Part shown: positions 56,771 to 60,871 of the stretch, in pieces
Layout: each line of letters opens with the position of its first letter
Position numbering within the stretch: position 1 is the first letter of the stretch
Assembly (NCBI GenBank): GCA_964614365.1
Contig: CAZTLA010000001.1
Location: 1 to 60,871, forward strand
DNA length: 60,871 nucleotides
Direction of reading: 5' to 3'
Origin: an uncultured Syntrophales bacterium
GTDB taxonomy: Bacteria > Desulfobacterota > Syntrophia > Syntrophales > JACQWR01
Position numbers and translations under genes: made by a program
Notes under the pieces: model-generated
What the model was told of the DNA's origin: nothing
Databases searched by the model: none
Seen by the model: only the letters and a program-made list of their open reading frames with translations

Positions 56771-58090
56771 CTATTTGATCATATTGGGAAGCCACAGGAA
56801 AAGGTCGGGAAAGAGCATCACGATGACGATGCCCATCAGGTGCATCAGGGCGAACGGCCAGACACTGATAAAGATGTCCAGCATGGAGATTTCCTTCGGA
56901 ACAATCGCCTTGGCCACATAGAGATTGAGACCGAAGGGAGGGGTAATACAACCCAGTTCCAGGTTGATCATCATCATGATGGCGAACCAGAGGGGATCAA
57001 AATGCAATAACGTAATGATCGGCGTAAAGATCGGAACCGTGATAAATATAATGGAGGTGGGGTCCATTAAGCACCCTAAAAAAACGACCAATAGCTGTAT
57101 CGCGATGAGGATCCACCACCGTGAAACAGGGAGGCTCGCTACGGCGTCGGCTACCTGCGATGCTATCCCCGTATAGGCAAGAAGCTGGCCAAAGGCTTTC
57201 GACCCCATAATGATCAAGAAGATCATGCATGACACTCTCACTGTTCCGGTTAAGGATTCTTTGATGTTGGCCCATTTCAAATCACCCATCAGACCTGCCA
57301 GCAGGAAGGCTCCGCCGGCACCTAAGGCGGCCGCTTCCGATGCCGTAGCAATCCCCAAATAGATCAACCCCATGACTAAAAAGAAGATGAAACAGAGGGG
57401 GAGAATATGGACCGTGGAGCGGATTTTTTCACCAACGCTCACCTTTTCCAAGGGGATGTCGGCGTCGGAAGGAGCCAACTCCGGCTGGATCATTACCCGA
57501 ATGATCAAATAGATGATAAACATCCCTCCGATCATGATTCCCGGCATAATGCCTGCGATCAAGAGCTTGCCTACAGAGACGTTCGCAATGCTGGCATACA
57601 CCACCGCAATGATACTGGGAGGGATCAGAATATCGAGGGCGGCCCCGCCCAGGACCGCGCCGCTGGCGAGTATCTTGTTATAACCCCGCTTCAGCATCTC
57701 CGGAATCATTGTCTTGCCGATGACGGCAGTACAGGCCATGCTGGAACCGCTCACGGCGCCAAACAACATCGCATTGAGCACTGTCAGCACGGCAATCCTC
57801 GCCGGCATCCTTCCTAAAAGCTTATCGATCACATTGAAGGCGCGGTTTGCCATTCCGGAGAACGTGATGGCGTCCCCCATTAATACGAACATGGGGATTG
57901 CCACCAGCACGAAATTGGCAATGCCGCTCACGGCGCTGAAACCGACAATGCTTACGGCCGGCCATCCGCCGCAAAAAATGTATAAGCCGATAATATTCAA
58001 GAGGCCGAAACTGAAGGCCACTGGTATGCCGCTGGCGAAAAAAACGAGTATCCCAATAATAATAAAAATTAGTATCGAATGCCATTCCAT
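56771..58090 (-). CDS. dctM: TRAP transporter large permease, DctM family
   Basis: 439-aa polytopic protein. Contains GIPVAFSFG... and GCITPPFGLNLYV, typical of DctM. Confidence 0.9.
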   Translation of the reverse strand: MEWHSILIFIIIGILVFFASGIPVAFSFGLLNIIGLYIFCGGWPAVSIVGFSAVSGIANFVLVAIPMFVLMGDAITFSGMANRAFNVIDKLLGRMPARIAVLTVLNAMLFGAVSGSSMACTAVIGKTMIPEMLKRGYNKILASGAVLGGAALDILIPPSIIAVVYASIANVSVGKLLIAGIMPGIMIGGMFIIYLIIRVMIQPELAPSDADIPLEKVSVGEKIRSTVHILPLCFIFFLVMGLIYLGIATASEAAALGAGGAFLLAGLMGDLKWANIKESLTGTVRVSCMIFLIIMGSKAFGQLLAYTGIASQVADAVASLPVSRWWILIAIQLLVVFLGCLMDPTSIIFITVPIFTPIITLLHFDPLWFAIMMMINLELGCITPPFGLNLYVAKAIVPKEISMLDIFISVWPFALMHLMGIVIVMLFPDLFLWLPNMIK

Positions 58091-58093
58091 TAT

Positions 58094-58639
58094 TCAGCCC
58101 TCCCCTCGGCTGGATAGCTCTTGACGGCCGTACGATAGAAAAACGAAATGTTCTACAATTTGCCTGATCAGTTGAATGCACAAGAGAAGGCCTCCGAAAG
58201 GGATGACTGCATATACTGACCACAAAGGCACGCTGAATAATCCACCCGCTGTCCTCTCCTGCGTAACGAGGCTATCCCAAAAACTATTCCCGGCGATATA
58301 GGTGAAGACGAGACAGAAGAACAGAGCGAGGGTGTCCTGAATAATGCCCATGATCTCTTGGTTCTTTCTTTTCAGCAGGGTGACAACGATATCCACCCTC
58401 GTATGTTCACCGAGCCTGAGAACATAGGCTGATCCGAGAAAGGTAACATAGACTAATAAAATTTCACTTATATCGTTTACCCAGGTCGTCGGCCTTTTTA
58501 CCAGGTACCTCATAAACACCTCATAGATGATAATGAGGGTAATGAAGACGACGACCGCTCCTGCCAAGAGTGCTAAGAAATCGTTGAGGCGGTCAAACCA
58601 CTTAATGAAAGACGCCGATATCCTCTTGAATTTTTTCAT
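58094..58639 (-). CDS. dctQ: TRAP transporter small permease, DctQ family
   Basis: 181-aa protein with four TM segments, immediately upstream of dctM (3-nt gap). Confidence 0.8.
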   Translation of the reverse strand: MKKFKRISASFIKWFDRLNDFLALLAGAVVVFITLIIIYEVFMRYLVKRPTTWVNDISEILLVYVTFLGSAYVLRLGEHTRVDIVVTLLKRKNQEIMGIIQDTLALFFCLVFTYIAGNSFWDSLVTQERTAGGLFSVPLWSVYAVIPFGGLLLCIQLIRQIVEHFVFLSYGRQELSSRGEG

Positions 58640-58672
58640 CGTCCCTCCCCGTTGGTTCTTCCATGTTTTTTC

Positions 58673-58699
58673 CCTCTCCGCTGCTTGTCGGCAGAGAGG
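58673..58699 (-). other. Intercistronic hairpin between dctP and dctQ
   Basis: The arms at 58674-58681 and 58691-58698 form an 8-bp stem with a 9-nt loop. The single imperfect pair is a G-U wobble only on the minus-strand RNA and a C-A mismatch on the plus strand. No U-tract follows. Confidence 0.3.
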
Positions 58700-58719
58700 A
58701 GGGAAAACTAGTAAGAATT

Positions 58720-59733
58720 TTACTTGAGATACGGCAACATCTTTTCATAGATGGGTGGGCCAAACTTCGGGGCCCTCTTAACAATCCAATCTTTCACGGC
58801 GGGTCCGGAGCGGGATTCGTTGAGCTTTGCGACATCCTTATTGGATAGATGGATAATCTTTAATCCGTGTTTTTCCTGAGCCTCTTTTAAACGGGCTTTA
58901 TCCATCTCATCATAGTATTTGTTGGCATCTACTTCTGTCGCAATCATCACCTCTTTAATCATGGTTTTAAGGTTTTCCGGAATTGAATTCCATTTTTTCT
59001 CCCCCACATATATTCCGCCATAGGCGGCATAAACAGGGGGGGAAATGACATATTTCATTACTTCATACTCTTTATATTCAATAAGAGATATGACATTCCG
59101 AATGGCGCCGTCCACGACCCCTCTTTGCAAACCCTCATAGGTTTCAGCGCTGGCAATTTTGACCACGGAAGCGCCTAATTCTCCAAAAAGCACATCGCCC
59201 AGTCCACCCATGCCCCGGAGCTTTAAGCCTCTCACATCGTCTAATTTGGAGACCGGCTTGCTGGTCATGATATAAAAGGGCATTCCAATCCATAAATTTC
59301 CCAGAAAAGCCACCTTGCCTCGTTCGAGATAGGCCTGGGCATAGGTTTCCCATATCCCACTTTCCCGAAAAGCTTTTAATTCATATTTATGCTTGGCCAA
59401 ACCCGGAATCGAACCTTCCGGCACAATGCCGGTATAATAGTCCTGGCAGCTATGAGTCATATCGATAGTCTCTGTGGAAATAGCCTTTAACTGGTCGAAG
59501 ACAGAAACTACTTCAGGACCCCCCAGGAGTTTGATCTCTAACTCTCCTTTCGCCCGATCATTAACCCGTTTGATAAACTCTTTATAATAATCATTCCCCA
59601 CATGCGTTACAGGCCAAGCAGTAATGGCTTTGATCACAATCTTTGGCGCCGCCTCACTTTCCTTCGGTGGAAATCCCATCAAGAATAACCCCACCCCGAC
59701 AAAAACTGCCGATAATAAAATTGTCTTTTTCAT
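58720..59733 (-). CDS. dctP: TRAP transporter substrate-binding protein, DctP family (copy 1)
   Basis: 337 aa. Has a signal peptide. Contains EIKLLGGPEVV and GLKLRGMGGLGDV, with the overall DctP pattern. Confidence 0.85.
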   Translation of the reverse strand: MKKTILLSAVFVGVGLFLMGFPPKESEAAPKIVIKAITAWPVTHVGNDYYKEFIKRVNDRAKGELEIKLLGGPEVVSVFDQLKAISTETIDMTHSCQDYYTGIVPEGSIPGLAKHKYELKAFRESGIWETYAQAYLERGKVAFLGNLWIGMPFYIMTSKPVSKLDDVRGLKLRGMGGLGDVLFGELGASVVKIASAETYEGLQRGVVDGAIRNVISLIEYKEYEVMKYVISPPVYAAYGGIYVGEKKWNSIPENLKTMIKEVMIATEVDANKYYDEMDKARLKEAQEKHGLKIIHLSNKDVAKLNESRSGPAVKDWIVKRAPKFGPPIYEKMLPYLK

Positions 59734-59777
59734 AATTTCCCCCCTCCATTTAAAATTTCCTTACTCCCTCTCTATAT

Positions 59778-60797
59778 CTACTTCAGGTAAGGCAGCATTT
59801 TTTCATACATGGGCGGGCCGAATTTAGGGGCCTTCTGTGAGATCCAATCTTTTATCGCTGCTCCGGAACGAATTTCCCCGATCTTGGCAATATCACTATT
59901 CGATAGCTGAATAACCTTCATGCCGTGTTTCTCCTGCACTTCCTTCAAATTTGCCTTGTCCATATCATCGTAGTATTTACGCGCTTCCTCCTCTGTCACG
60001 ATCATCACCTCTTTCAGCATCGTTTGCAGATGCCTGGGCAGGGAATTGAATTTTTTCTCCGATATCCAAACTCCGCCATAGGCTGCATAGATAGGGGGAT
60101 AAAGAATGTATTTCATCACCTCATATTCTTTGAATTCTTTCAGGGAGATCGTATTTCTGAACGCCCCGTCCACAACTCCCCTCTGCAATCCCTCATAGGT
60201 TTCGGCGCTGGCAATCCTGACGATCGAGACCCCCAATTCTCCCATAACGACATCGCCCAGTCCGCCGAACCCTCTCAGCTTCAAGCCCTTAACGTCCTCC
60301 AACTTCGCTACCGGTTTGCGGGACATGACATAAAAGGGCATCCCGATATGGGCGTTCCCTAAAAAGAGCGCTCCGGCCTTTTCGAGGTAAGCCTGAACAT
60401 ACAAATCCCATAGGCCGCTCTCCCGGAAAGCCTTCACCTCAAATTTTGGTTTGGCCAAGTCCGTGATGGTTCCCTCTGGAACCAGGCCGGCAAAATAGGG
60501 CTGAGCGCCGTGAACTACATCGACGGTCCCCTTGGAGAGGGCCTTTAATTGATCGAAGGCGGCGACGACCTCGGGACCGCCCAGAAGCTTGATCTCCAAT
60601 TCTCCTTTGGCCTTTTCATTTACCCGTTTGATGTATTCCTTAAAATAGTCATTATTCGCAGCGGATACGGGCCAGCACGTGACGGCATTGATCACAATCT
60701 TTGGCGCCGCCGCCCCACTCTCTTTTACAGACCCCCCTCCCATCAGGAACAACCCCACCCCGACAAAAACTACCGATAACAAAATTGTCTTTTTCAT
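59778..60797 (-). CDS. dctP: TRAP transporter substrate-binding protein, DctP family (copy 2, tandem paralogue)
   Basis: 339 aa, collinear with and highly similar to copy 1 (MKKTILLS.VFVGVGLFLMG..., EIKLLGGPEVV, GLKLRGFGGLGDV, YEKMLPYLK). Confidence 0.85.
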   Translation of the reverse strand: MKKTILLSVVFVGVGLFLMGGGSVKESGAAAPKIVINAVTCWPVSAANNDYFKEYIKRVNEKAKGELEIKLLGGPEVVAAFDQLKALSKGTVDVVHGAQPYFAGLVPEGTITDLAKPKFEVKAFRESGLWDLYVQAYLEKAGALFLGNAHIGMPFYVMSRKPVAKLEDVKGLKLRGFGGLGDVVMGELGVSIVRIASAETYEGLQRGVVDGAFRNTISLKEFKEYEVMKYILYPPIYAAYGGVWISEKKFNSLPRHLQTMLKEVMIVTEEEARKYYDDMDKANLKEVQEKHGMKVIQLSNSDIAKIGEIRSGAAIKDWISQKAPKFGPPMYEKMLPYLK

Positions 60798-60871
60798 ACT
60801 CCCCCCCCTTTTGATTTTTTCGTATTGTCAAAACTTTTTTGTCTCTTAGGAAAAAATACCTTTACTTTTAG

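Noticed and set aside
58673-58699. The dctP-dctQ spacer hairpin, considered as a rho-independent terminator.
   Set aside because: No U-run follows it on the transcribed strand; the T-run precedes it on the opposite strand. I kept it only as a possible mRNA-stability element.
60826-60831. A TTGACA hexamer (minus strand) upstream of the distal dctP, considered as a possible -35 element.
   Set aside because: It lies only 28 nt from the ATG, and the position where a -10 would fall is a run of C/G. The true promoter is probably beyond the window edge.

Overview
Bacterial chromosomal window with about 60 CDS in three strand blocks. I recognised no rRNA, tRNA, CRISPR array or intact mobile element.

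(i) 1-7471, minus strand, housekeeping: lepB (partial), a DUF456-like gene, secF, secD, yajC, tgt and queA, then an ABC-F ATPase gene that is frameshifted and 3'-truncated.

(ii) 7916-39722, plus strand, nearly gap-free:
- a complete TctCBA tripartite tricarboxylate transporter;
- M29-like, MmgE/PrpD-like and SDR genes;
- a four-subunit 2-oxoacid:ferredoxin oxidoreductase (korDABC-like);
- a TetR-headed beta-oxidation / glutaryl-CoA-type cluster (crotonases, thiolases, 3-hydroxyacyl-CoA dehydrogenases, acyl-CoA dehydrogenase, GcdA-like carboxyltransferase, family III CoA-transferase, amidohydrolase_2);
- an aryl-CoA reduction supercluster: a bzdNOPQ-ordered class I benzoyl-CoA-reductase-type enzyme, two adjacent family III CoA-transferases, a BamB/BamC-type tungsten module, and two more HgdC/BcrAD-type ATPases.

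(iii) 40037-60797, minus strand:
- six orphan TctC-type binding proteins interleaved with SDR, crotonase, ornithine-cyclodeaminase-like, UbiD-family decarboxylase and amidohydrolase_2 genes;
- a generic AOR-family tungsten enzyme with a polyferredoxin;
- a signal-less reductive-dehalogenase homologue and a QueG/RdhA-like Fe-S protein;
- a TRAP transporter with two tandem DctP paralogues.

The gene content suggests a strictly anaerobic aromatic-acid degrader (inference only).

The most unusual observation is the BamBC-like tungsten module followed directly by two ATP-dependent electron-activating ATPases, where the BamDEFGHI genes would be expected. Second is a ~78-nt repeat whose inverted copies bracket the bzdO-like gene. 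Its 22-nt core recurs at a fixed distance upstream of another catabolic gene.

All functional calls rest on my reading of the translated ORFs. No database search was run.
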